Origin: an uncultured delta proteobacterium
GTDB taxonomy: Bacteria; Myxococcota_A; Polyangia; Polyangiales; B10-G4
DNA length: 17,315 bases
Direction of reading: 5' to 3'
NCBI GenBank assembly: GCA_963727445.1
Contig: CAVSGI010000013.1
Location: 1-17,315, forward strand
Part shown: positions 1 through 7,973 of the stretch, one piece after another
Layout of the letters: each line of letters begins with the position of its first letter
How positions within the stretch are numbered: position 1 is the first letter of the stretch
Notes under the pieces: generated by a model
The model's input: the letters and a program-made list of their open reading frames with translations, nothing else
What the model was told of the DNA's origin: nothing
Databases searched by the model: none
Made by a program: the position numbers and the translations under genes

Positions 1-38
1 AACCGCACATCTCAATCCGTCCGTGGAGGTAACGAGGG

Positions 39-377
39 TTAGGTCATCGATATCCCATCCACTGAGTTCATGTGGAAGAGGGCGACGTAGCTTGGGTCGA
101 CCGTGTAGTACTGCAGGGCCAACCGCGCCGGGCGCTCTCGCGTCGCATCCGCTATGAAAGCACCCAGGGGGTCTCGGACATCGATGGATGCCGTCGGCCA
201 GGTTCCTGCGGTGAGCAAAGTGCCGGCCTCGGTAATGATGTAGTCCAACAGGTGTCCAAGGCCTCGCTGTGCGTAGGCTGCGTCTGGAAGTGCGTCCACA
301 TCGTCTACCGGCGCACCGTCGTACCTGCCAACTGTGGTGTAGTACTCTGCTGGAGGCGGCTCCGGATCGCTCACCAT
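39..377 (-). CDS. hypothetical small acidic protein (112 aa), last gene of the minus-strand cluster
   Basis: Six-frame ORF with a protein-like composition (Asp/Glu-rich, no Arg/Pro bias typical of wrong-frame GC-rich ORFs). Its ATG at 377 overlaps the stop of the upstream lipoprotein gene (371-373) by 7 nt, suggesting co-transcription. Lies in a lower-GC segment. No recognisable domain. Confidence 0.4.
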   Translation of the reverse strand: MVSDPEPPPAEYYTTVGRYDGAPVDDVDALPDAAYAQRGLGHLLDYIITEAGTLLTAGTWPTASIDVRDPLGAFIADATRERPARLALQYYTVDPSYVALFHMNSVDGISMT

Positions 378-1552
378 TGCCGCGTAACGGTCAAATGTGG
401 TGAATCCACCTCCGGCAAGCTCAAAGGCGGAGCGAGCTGGTCGAGGGAGCGATCGAACGCTTGGATCTCCTGGCGTAGATAGTCTCGTGCCTCCCTGAAA
501 TCATCGACAGCGAGACCAAAACGATCCGCGAACTGGCTAGCTGTGTCCGACGACCACTCGGTTTCGTTCCACAGTTCAGTGAGTCGCTTCCTCACACTGT
601 CGAAGTTTGTATCGACGAGAATGGCCTCCGTGGATTGGAAGGTCTCCTCATTCGCGAGCGCGGATGGCTGGACGCCGGACTCTCGGTAGACATCGATGGC
701 CGCGCGCGCGCGAGAAGAGAGCGGTGGTGCAGTGCAGAGCGCCGTCGACTGAGAAGACGCACCGAGCAAGGCGTCGTACAGGCCATCCTCCCCCCCGACG
801 AGCAGATGGACCGCACTCGCGCGGGACTGAAGGGGCGCTGAGAATGCCATCGTCGCGGCGGTCCGCGACGTCGCGTGCTCCGAGAAGTAGGCGTCAGCGA
901 GGGCGAGTTCGTTGTTGGCCGCCGACGTACCAGCTTCCTTTGCGAGTTCAAATGCCTCGACGATGGCCATCGAAAGTGAACGACCAAGCGACTCATCGCT
1001 TGTGCCAGCTGGGTCGGTCAACTCTGCATCAGTACATGTCCCGGCACCACCCAGCCCGCCCGCCATGTGAAGCTCAGTCGTCGCGGTCTCCACGGCCATT
1101 CGTGCTTCGTCCATGGCCAAGCGTTGAAGCGCTGCATTGGTGGCGGTGCTTTGGGCTGGGACCTCCCATTGTATGGTCTCGAGCACCACAGGCTCGGAGA
1201 CAATCCCGGCCATCTCCATCAACAGTTGTGCGGTACAGATGTGGCGATAGGCAAGGCAATGTGCGGCTGTACAGGCCGATGTTCCCGGACAATAGGGATT
1301 GAGGGGGTCGGCCAGGTAGGTTTCGCCTAGACGGCATTCCTTGTCGACGTCACTGATTATGTCCGCGGGGTCAACGTTGCGAACCTCTCCTGTTGTGAGT
1401 TCGATGTAGCGTACGGCTTGTCGCCGACGAAGCTGCTCGAAGCCAGGCGCTTTGGATTCTCGCAGAGAGAGATCGTTCGTCGGTCCGCATGAGAGGAGCG
1501 CGCAACCACTGGTGAGCGCAACGAACGCTAGTACTCTCTTTCGCATGGTCAT
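371..1552 (-). CDS. hypothetical secreted lipoprotein (Ala/Ser/Thr-rich, about 393 aa)
   Basis: ORF 371-1576. The internal start MTMRKRVLAFVALTSGCALLSC (ATG at 1552-1550) gives a signal peptide plus lipobox and overlaps the upstream gene stop (1551-1549) as ATGA. GC is lower (about 58%) than the rest of the window. No known domain recognised. Confidence 0.55.
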   Translation of the reverse strand: MTMRKRVLAFVALTSGCALLSCGPTNDLSLRESKAPGFEQLRRRQAVRYIELTTGEVRNVDPADIISDVDKECRLGETYLADPLNPYCPGTSACTAAHCLAYRHICTAQLLMEMAGIVSEPVVLETIQWEVPAQSTATNAALQRLAMDEARMAVETATTELHMAGGLGGAGTCTDAELTDPAGTSDESLGRSLSMAIVEAFELAKEAGTSAANNELALADAYFSEHATSRTAATMAFSAPLQSRASAVHLLVGGEDGLYDALLGASSQSTALCTAPPLSSRARAAIDVYRESGVQPSALANEETFQSTEAILVDTNFDSVRKRLTELWNETEWSSDTASQFADRFGLAVDDFREARDYLRQEIQAFDRSLDQLAPPLSLPEVDSPHLTVTRQW

Positions 1553-2763
1553 CGGACTTCTCCTGAACGCGCACACCGCACTGTGAAGAACTGCTCTAGG
1601 TGGGGATCGACCTGTCGCCGGCTAACGTGAAAGTAGGCTTCGATGGCCCCTGAACGGGGCGACCCGCGCACCATGAACTCGCCAAACGTGGTGGGCCCGG
1701 TCGGATCCATCAGCGAAGCGGGATCGGAGTAATAGGACGCGCCATATACGTCCGACACGCGGTCCAAACCGCCTCCGACCATCAGGTCGACGCCGTAATA
1801 GCTTCTGACCCCCGGGAGTCCGTCAATGGCGAAGGGAATCTCCTCGACCGAAGGCGTGTAGCCGCAGGGGAACGCTGGCAGTGCCGTGCAGTCAAAGGCT
1901 GTGCCCTCCCAGGGATAGGGTTGGGCTCGGGGCGCGGGGCCTCGAGCAGCCTTCTCCCACTCTGCCTCGGTGGGAAGTCGACGCCCATCCCATTCGCAGA
2001 AGGCAATCGTCTGGGGTCGACTCAATCCCTGGACCGGATAGTTGCCACGAGTTGGATCGGCGAGAGACGTCGCGCCGGGTGAGTACGCGGGCAAGGAACA
2101 AACGCCGGAATCGACACACTGCTGATACCTGGCATTCGACACGGGAAACCTGTCGATGTAGTAGGCGGACAAGATAACTTCTGCGACCGGCTGCGCATCA
2201 TCGAACATCTCGTCGCCGCGCACGAACGGGCCGCTCGGAATGCAGAGCTCTTCTGCTTCGGCAGGGCTGGTGCGACGCGATGTCCCGCAAGGATCGACGC
2301 ACATCTCCACGCCCCAGGAGCAATCCGCCTGACACTCACGATGGCTCTCCTCATTTGGTCCGCACCCAGAGGGATTTGTTTCCATATCCCCGGGCCGACA
2401 CTCACCGTCCGGAGCAACCTCTTCCCAAGCGCCCCACTCACAGGACGATGAGCACGTCCGAACTTGCTCCCCGCAGAGCTCACTCGTTTCTGATTCGGTC
2501 GCGCCCGCTTCGCACTCTCCCTCATTCATGCAGCCGCCCGGCATCTGCCATCGACCATCGTCCCCGCAGAGCTGCTCCGCCTCTCCACACATCCCACAGA
2601 GCACACGCTGGATGGTCCCGGGAGCACAGGGGGGTAGCGCGTCAGGCGTGCTCACATCTGCCGCCGTGGTCGAGTCGGCGGCATCCGACATGCTCGAGTC
2701 CGGCAACGCGTGCGAACCGTCACCACAAGCAGTCAGCGCCGCGAGGAAGACGAGCGCACTCAT
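1549..2763 (-). CDS. lipoprotein with an N-terminal Cys-rich region and a C-terminal FGE-sulfatase (SUMF1 / formylglycine-generating-enzyme family) domain, probably non-catalytic
   Basis: MSALVFLAALTACGDGS is a signal peptide with a lipobox (start 2763, ATGA overlap with the upstream stop at 2760-2762). A Cys-rich segment (several CxxC/CGxC) follows. The C-terminal ~250 aa carry FGE-sulfatase hallmarks: RLPTEAEWEKAARG and a terminal MVRGSPRS...FTVRCA block (cf. RVxRGGSW...GFRC). The expected CxxxxC catalytic pair next to the RGGS block is not present. Confidence 0.8.
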   Translation of the reverse strand: MSALVFLAALTACGDGSHALPDSSMSDAADSTTAADVSTPDALPPCAPGTIQRVLCGMCGEAEQLCGDDGRWQMPGGCMNEGECEAGATESETSELCGEQVRTCSSSCEWGAWEEVAPDGECRPGDMETNPSGCGPNEESHRECQADCSWGVEMCVDPCGTSRRTSPAEAEELCIPSGPFVRGDEMFDDAQPVAEVILSAYYIDRFPVSNARYQQCVDSGVCSLPAYSPGATSLADPTRGNYPVQGLSRPQTIAFCEWDGRRLPTEAEWEKAARGPAPRAQPYPWEGTAFDCTALPAFPCGYTPSVEEIPFAIDGLPGVRSYYGVDLMVGGGLDRVSDVYGASYYSDPASLMDPTGPTTFGEFMVRGSPRSGAIEAYFHVSRRQVDPHLEQFFTVRCARSGEVR

Positions 2764-4067
2764 CGCTTCCTCCACCAAAGCAGCAGGAACAGCGCGAGCG
2801 TCGGCAACAGCGACAGCCCCGCTCGACCGCTCGCCGAGCATCCGGATGAAGCCGGCGGTCGACAGACCAGCTCGGCATCGACGTCACCGCATACGAGCCC
2901 TACGGGGCAGTCGGTATCATCAGCACATCCTCGCGTGCAGGTAGCTCGACCATTGCCATCGTCGAGGCAGAGATCCGACACACACTCATCTGCGGTCTCA
3001 CACGCCTCGCCGAAGACACCGCCATCGGGCATGCACACATCCCCGGCACAATGAGTCCGCGCTGGGCAATCTGAGTCACTGGCGCAATCGGCCGCGCAGT
3101 AGCCGCCTTCGGTGCAGAGCCCAGATGCACAACCATCGGCAGAGTCACATGGATCGCCGAATCCAGCACCGACGCGGGTGCAGTGGCCGAACGCACATGA
3201 GGACCCTCCGGAACAGTCGGCATCTGTCATGCACTCGGGAGAACCGAGCTGGCGCACGCAGGATCCTTCCTCGCACACCTCATCCGCCGCACAGATGCGG
3301 CCACCGCAACCGTCGACGCATCCATCGGCAGAACACGCCATCCCCGACGGACAACCCTCGACAGCGCATGCACTGGCCGGGTAGAGGAAGCATGCTCCCG
3401 CGATATCATCCGACGACAGCACGCGAGCAGTCGGGCCACGGTAAAGCGGGTACATCGTCGTTTCAGCAAACCCTTCGTCGGTCGAGCACAGAGGTGCGCC
3501 GTCTGCACCGTCCGGCTCGCAGGGATGCATCAGCCCCAGGAGGTGACCCAGCTCGTGGGTCAGAACCGCTGTGAGATCGCGTGGGTCATCGGGTCCCGCC
3601 CCACCATCCTCTCGCCATTCGTAGTCTGCGGCGTTCAGATAGACGTCCGCTTCGACGATGCGCCACTGCCCATCCGAATCCTGCTCATACAGGACGTCGG
3701 TTGTCGCCGCGCCATCGGCAGCGAATCCATGGGAGGACCAATTGGCAAAGATCCACTGAACGGTGTTGTATCCGTCGTTCGGCTCGACCTCGCGGGAGGA
3801 GATGCCCCCATAGCGGATGACGGCCGTCGAGCAGGAAACCTGCCCCCAAGTTTCGCGGGCCTGACCGAGCGCTCGCTCAACGTCCACCGTGGAGACGCCC
3901 GGAACGCTGGCTGGAAAATGGCGTAGCTCCGGGGGGTCCGACCACCCAACGGCCTGATCGTCCGGGATCTCAGCCAGATCGGCGGCCGTCCGATACGCAG
4001 CAGCCGAATTCGGTGTCGCAAGACCGACGACAACGAGGAAAGCGGCTATCCAGGGCAGCCTGCTCAT
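2760..4067 (-). CDS. secreted matrixin-like (metzincin, M10-like) zinc metalloprotease with a Cys-rich C-terminal region and a MYXO-CTERM-type sorting tail
   Basis: N-terminal signal peptide MSRLPWIAAFLVVVGLATPNSAAA. Zinc-binding motif HELGHLLGLMH (HExxHxxGxxH) followed by a Met-turn TMYP. Then about 170 aa with many CxxGxC cysteine pairs. The C-terminus GCSASGRAGLSLLPTLALFLLLWWRKR* is a Cys/Gly motif plus a hydrophobic helix plus basic residues, which is the MYXO-CTERM pattern. The ATG at 4067 overlaps the upstream stop as ATGA. Confidence 0.85.
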   Translation of the reverse strand: MSRLPWIAAFLVVVGLATPNSAAAYRTAADLAEIPDDQAVGWSDPPELRHFPASVPGVSTVDVERALGQARETWGQVSCSTAVIRYGGISSREVEPNDGYNTVQWIFANWSSHGFAADGAATTDVLYEQDSDGQWRIVEADVYLNAADYEWREDGGAGPDDPRDLTAVLTHELGHLLGLMHPCEPDGADGAPLCSTDEGFAETTMYPLYRGPTARVLSSDDIAGACFLYPASACAVEGCPSGMACSADGCVDGCGGRICAADEVCEEGSCVRQLGSPECMTDADCSGGSSCAFGHCTRVGAGFGDPCDSADGCASGLCTEGGYCAADCASDSDCPARTHCAGDVCMPDGGVFGEACETADECVSDLCLDDGNGRATCTRGCADDTDCPVGLVCGDVDAELVCRPPASSGCSASGRAGLSLLPTLALFLLLWWRKR

Positions 4068-4609
4068 CGCGCAGCGTCCAGAAGTTGCGTCACACGGGAC
4101 AGAGTCGATCGAGGCCTGTGATGAAGCGCGTCCGCAGGGGGAAGGGCCTGGAGCACAGGACCCGCGTCGCTCTCGACCATGTGCCAGACCTCACCGCCTG
4201 CACTCGTCGAGACGAACCCACCCCCATCAAGCCGGGTCAGGAACACAACGACGTTGGAGCCAACGGAGAATCGCTGGCCGTGGCTTAGAACGCGGAGCTG
4301 ATCCCCATAGCGACCGCCGGGGACCCAGAAATGCACGATGTCGCCCATCTCATGGTCTGTGGATATGGGGTGAGTGACACGGAGTTCGACGCGTGTGTGG
4401 ATTCCCGGGGTGTTGTTGGGGCCTGTTGCCTGAGCAACCGTTTCAGCAACTACCCCCGCGATGACGACGTCGGCATTTTCAACGAGGACCGCGAGCTCGT
4501 CCCGACGGTCTCTGAGGGAAACTCGACTCGTGCGAGATGCATCGTTGCACCCGATGGCGACGAGCAAAAGCAGCCCGACCGCGAGGAGGTCGCGAAGTCG
4601 ACAGTCCAT
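4064..4609 (-). CDS. hypothetical small lipoprotein (181 aa), translationally coupled to the metalloprotease gene
   Basis: MDCRLRDLLAVGLLLLVAIGCNDAS is a signal peptide with a lipobox cysteine. Its stop at 4064-4066 overlaps the ATG of the protease gene (4067-4065). No known domain recognised. Confidence 0.6.
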   Translation of the reverse strand: MDCRLRDLLAVGLLLLVAIGCNDASRTSRVSLRDRRDELAVLVENADVVIAGVVAETVAQATGPNNTPGIHTRVELRVTHPISTDHEMGDIVHFWVPGGRYGDQLRVLSHGQRFSVGSNVVVFLTRLDGGGFVSTSAGGEVWHMVESDAGPVLQALPPADALHHRPRSTLSRVTQLLDAAR

Positions 4610-4676
4610 GGACCGTCGACCATCGCACCGCTTCGGAAAACCTCTCCTATCAGATCATGTAGGTAGTCACGTGTGG

Positions 4677-4706
4677 GCGTATCACGTTCCGCACGTGCCA
4701 CCGCTC
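4677..4706. promoter_or_regulatory. pair of CACGTG hexamers (plus a CACGTT) in the promoter region of the 181-aa lipoprotein / metalloprotease sub-operon
   Basis: In the only sizeable gap inside the minus-strand cluster (4610-4707), the sequence reads gtCACGTGtgggcgtatCACGTTccgCACGTGcc. CACGTG is also the core of the 22-bp palindrome at 8740-8761. Confidence 0.3.
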
Positions 4707-4707
4707 G

Positions 4708-6936
4708 CTACGGCACTGGGTCGTTCATGCCCACGACGAAGAACTGATCGTCACTGGTCGTCTCGGGCAGGTTGATGTGCCCGACGAGCACGCCGGTGAC
4801 GTAGTAGCCGGCCAGGCCGATGTCGCCGGTGGCGTTGATGTCGATGCCGTGGACGAAACCCGCGTCGCGGCGTAGCTCGCCACTCTGCAACAGCGCCACG
4901 TAGTCGAGCGCACCGGCGGAGGTGTAACGGGCGACGAAGCCGTGATCGCGGCCCGGGGTGGTTGCCCCGTCGTAGGCGTAGTCGCCATTGCTGCCGCCGA
5001 CGACGATGGGCGCGCCACTCGAGGTGAGGACCAGGTCCCGGGGCTCGACGGTGCCGGTGCCCATCGTGGCGGGAATGGACCAGTTCAGGGTGCCATCATA
5101 CGCGTAGCTCTCGAGGAGCGCGTCGCTGGTTGCGACGTAGATGTTGGCGCTGGTCACCTCGACGCCGGCTGGGACGTCCACACCGGAGGTGCTGAGCTGG
5201 ATTTGTTGCTGGAAGGTGCCGCCGGCTGAGTAGCGGACGACGAAGCCGTCGCGTCCGTCGGGCGTCAGCGCTCCTCCACCGAAATCGGTCATCCCGTCGA
5301 AGTATCCGGCAACGAAGACCTGGCCGGCCGCATTTCGCGCGACATGCAGCGGCGTACCCGGCAGTCGCCAGCTCGCCACGTGAGCGCCGCTCGAATCGTA
5401 GTGTGCGACGAAGCCAAAGTCCGTTCCGCCAGTGGCGCGGTTGCCGCCACCGAAGTCGAAGTCGCCGGCGAGTATGCCAACAGCGAAGACGCCCCCGGCC
5501 CCGTCGGGGACGACCCCACGAACGTCGTCGGTGGAGCTCGCGGTGTGTAGGCGCTTGGCCCAAAGGGGCGTGCCCGTCGAATTGAGCTTGGCCACGATGC
5601 CGTCGACGCCCGTGGTGCTCGTCACCGTGATCCCGGCCGACCCACCGAAGCGGATGGACTGGCTGAACTTGCCACCCCAGAACATGTTGCCGCTCGAATC
5701 CAGCTCGAAGGCGTACTGCTGGATGAGCCCCGTGGACGTCGTCCGATCGATGTCGGTTCGAGTGACGTAGGTCCCACCATCATCCCATTCGATGATGTGA
5801 TGGTGGCTACTGCCCGTGAAGGTCTCGCTTCCGGCGCCGCTGGGATCGCTGTACGAGCCGCGCATGGCCACCGCAACGAGGACCGATCCGGCCGAGGTGA
5901 CGCCGACCCGCTCGTACTCGGCCTGCGGATGGGTGTCCGCGGTGCGATACCTTCGCGCCCAGGTCACCTCCGGCCGGCAGATGCTGGCGCCGCAGGTGCC
6001 GCCGACGATGCATCGGAATCCACAGGACCCGCAGTTTGCGTCGTCGGAGCTGGTGTCGGTGCAGGCGCCTGAACAGTCCGCGGTACCCGCGGGGCAGGCG
6101 CAGGTACTCGAAGCACACGTCGCGCCCGTCGAGCACGCCATGTCGCAACCGCCGCAGTGCGCTGGATCGGTCGATGTGTCTGCACAGGTGCTGCCGCAGA
6201 GTGTGGTCCCCGCACCGCATTCGCACGTTCCCGCGACGCACGTCTCGGTGGTGAAGCACCCCACCCGACATCCGCCGCAATGGGAGCTGTTGGAGGTCGT
6301 GTCCACACAACCAGCGGTTCCACAGTCCGTCAGGCCCGTGGGACACGTGCAGGCGCCGGCAACGCATTCATACATCCCCGCGCAGGTCGCGGAAGGCCCA
6401 TCCACCGTGCCATCGCAATCGTTGTCGACGCCGTCACAGGCCTCCGAGGCGCCCGGATGGACGCCAGGATCCGAATCGTCACAGTCCGTGCCGCCGCAGA
6501 CGACCGCCGGGTCCCCGTCGGCGTCACCATCGAGCGGAACGTATTGGCAGAGCCCGCGCGAGGCGTCGCAGCGTACGAACACCCGACACGGATCGGTGGT
6601 TGGGCACTCGGCGTCGGACGTACAGGGGGTTCCCGCGACGCATCCGGCCGACAAGTCGCAGACCTCGCTCGGCGCACAGAGGGTGTCATCGAGCGCGTGG
6701 ACGCACGCCCCGCTCTCGCAGCTGTCGTTGGTGCAATCGTTTCCATCGTCGCAGTCGAGGGTGAGGCAGGGATCGGTCGTACCACTGTCCATTGCGTCTG
6801 GGCCGGAGTCGGCAGAGGCCCCGGAATCCGCATCGAGCGACGCGTCCGCGTCGAGCGCTGCATCGACTGCGGCGTCGTCGCCGCCACATCCAGCGATGGC
6901 GAACAAGCACAGAGCCGCGACTCGTGTCACCGACAT
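4708..6936 (-). CDS. large Cys-rich lipoprotein: Myxococcus-type Cys repeat, MopE-like putative metal-binding motif, HCGGC-type Cys repeats, and a C-terminal SBBP beta-propeller
   Basis: ORF 4708-6972. The likely start MSVTRVAALCLFAIAGCGG (ATG 6936) gives a lipoprotein signal. Motifs present: DCDDGNDCTNDSCESGAC (Myxococcus Cys-rich repeat); DGDADGDPAVVCGGTDCDDSDPGVHPGASEACDGVDNDCDGTVDG (PF11617-like MopE motif); five ~35-aa repeats with HCGGCxxxC / NCGSCGxxC. The C-terminal ~420 aa carry repeated DFGGG...GFV(A/V)(H/R)Y(D/S)SxG blocks typical of SBBP beta-propeller repeats. Confidence 0.8.
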   Translation of the reverse strand: MSVTRVAALCLFAIAGCGGDDAAVDAALDADASLDADSGASADSGPDAMDSGTTDPCLTLDCDDGNDCTNDSCESGACVHALDDTLCAPSEVCDLSAGCVAGTPCTSDAECPTTDPCRVFVRCDASRGLCQYVPLDGDADGDPAVVCGGTDCDDSDPGVHPGASEACDGVDNDCDGTVDGPSATCAGMYECVAGACTCPTGLTDCGTAGCVDTTSNSSHCGGCRVGCFTTETCVAGTCECGAGTTLCGSTCADTSTDPAHCGGCDMACSTGATCASSTCACPAGTADCSGACTDTSSDDANCGSCGFRCIVGGTCGASICRPEVTWARRYRTADTHPQAEYERVGVTSAGSVLVAVAMRGSYSDPSGAGSETFTGSSHHHIIEWDDGGTYVTRTDIDRTTSTGLIQQYAFELDSSGNMFWGGKFSQSIRFGGSAGITVTSTTGVDGIVAKLNSTGTPLWAKRLHTASSTDDVRGVVPDGAGGVFAVGILAGDFDFGGGNRATGGTDFGFVAHYDSSGAHVASWRLPGTPLHVARNAAGQVFVAGYFDGMTDFGGGALTPDGRDGFVVRYSAGGTFQQQIQLSTSGVDVPAGVEVTSANIYVATSDALLESYAYDGTLNWSIPATMGTGTVEPRDLVLTSSGAPIVVGGSNGDYAYDGATTPGRDHGFVARYTSAGALDYVALLQSGELRRDAGFVHGIDINATGDIGLAGYYVTGVLVGHINLPETTSDDQFFVVGMNDPVP

Positions 6937-7973
6937 CCGCTGCTCCCATAACAGATCTGCCCCGCTCGACACGGCAGGCCGGAGCTACCGCAGACGCACG
7001 TGCCTGCGCGACAGCAATCCGAGGTCCACGAGCAGGAGTTCCCACACATCCCGCAATCGTCGGCCGACGATGTGGTGTCGACGCAACTCCCCGAGCAGCA
7101 CGAGAGGCCCGACGCGCACACGTTTCCGCACGCGCCGCAGTTTGCGTCGTCCATCTGCAGGTTCACCTCACATCCATCGCCCCGGGCCCCATTGCAATCC
7201 TCGTAGCCCATCCGGCACGAGCCGAAGACGCAGGTCCCGGAAACGCAGGTGCGGAAGGTCCCGGAGATGAGACAGTCGACGTTGGCGTCCTCGTCAGTCG
7301 CTCCGTCGCAGTCGTTGTCCGCCCCATCGCAGATCTCCGTTGCGCCCGGATAGGTGTCCGCGTTCGTGTCGTCGCAATCCGTCGCCGGTCGGTCTCCCCC
7401 CGTGCACGTGGCATCCAGATCCACGAAGCCGTCGTCGTCACGGTCCTCCGCCGGATCGTTGCCTCCGCCCGAGCTGCAGTCGTCGTCGAGCCCGTTGCAG
7501 ATCTCGTCTGCACCCGCATAGACATCGGGATTCGAGTCATCGCAGTCCGCGCCACCGCAGGCAGCAGCGGGATCTCCGTCCCCGTCACCATCCATCGGGG
7601 GGTACTCGCAGAGACGGGTAGCTTCGTTGCAATGATCGAGGGTGCAGCTGTCTCCATCCGTACAGTCGGAGTCGGTCGCGCAGATGCGAGGCCCCGTGTC
7701 GACACGGCGTGTGTCCGGCGCGGCATCCGTGGACGAGGCATCGGCATCGCCAGCGGTCGCGTCGGTCACGCTGGAGTCCGGGACGCTCGCGTCCATGTCA
7801 CCACAGAGACAGGGCGAGAACGTGCCTTCCGACGTGCACTGCTGGGTTCCTGTGGTTCTGCCGGGACACGGACACTCGAGAGTCCGTCCTTCTACACAAG
7901 CCGCGCTCCCGTCGCCGCACGCAGCGGCCAGCGCGGGGATGACGAACACGAGAACGACTCGCGCTTCAGTCAT
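6927..7973 (-). CDS. Cys-rich lipoprotein with three MopE-like putative metal-binding motifs and C-terminal CGxCGNxC repeats
   Basis: MTEARVVLVFVIPALAAACGDGS is a lipoprotein signal. Three copies of the DGDGDGDP..CGG.DCDD..P...GA.EICDG.DNDCDG..DE pattern are present. The C-terminal repeats NCGACGNVCASGLSCCSGSC / DCGMCGNSCSWTSDCC are paralogous to repeats in the downstream 754-aa protein. The ATG at 7973 overlaps the LuxR gene stop (8-nt ATGACTGA overlap). Confidence 0.75.
   Translation of the reverse strand: MTEARVVLVFVIPALAAACGDGSAACVEGRTLECPCPGRTTGTQQCTSEGTFSPCLCGDMDASVPDSSVTDATAGDADASSTDAAPDTRRVDTGPRICATDSDCTDGDSCTLDHCNEATRLCEYPPMDGDGDGDPAAACGGADCDDSNPDVYAGADEICNGLDDDCSSGGGNDPAEDRDDDGFVDLDATCTGGDRPATDCDDTNADTYPGATEICDGADNDCDGATDEDANVDCLISGTFRTCVSGTCVFGSCRMGYEDCNGARGDGCEVNLQMDDANCGACGNVCASGLSCCSGSCVDTTSSADDCGMCGNSCSWTSDCCRAGTCVCGSSGLPCRAGQICYGSSGCR

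Noticed and set aside
5816-7270. Long plus-strand ORF (484 aa), plus several other 60-260 aa ORFs antisense to the Cys-rich lipoprotein genes
   Set aside because: Their translations are Pro/Ser/Arg/Ala-rich low-complexity sequences typical of wrong-strand ORFs in high-GC DNA. They completely overlap well-supported minus-strand genes carrying clear domains.
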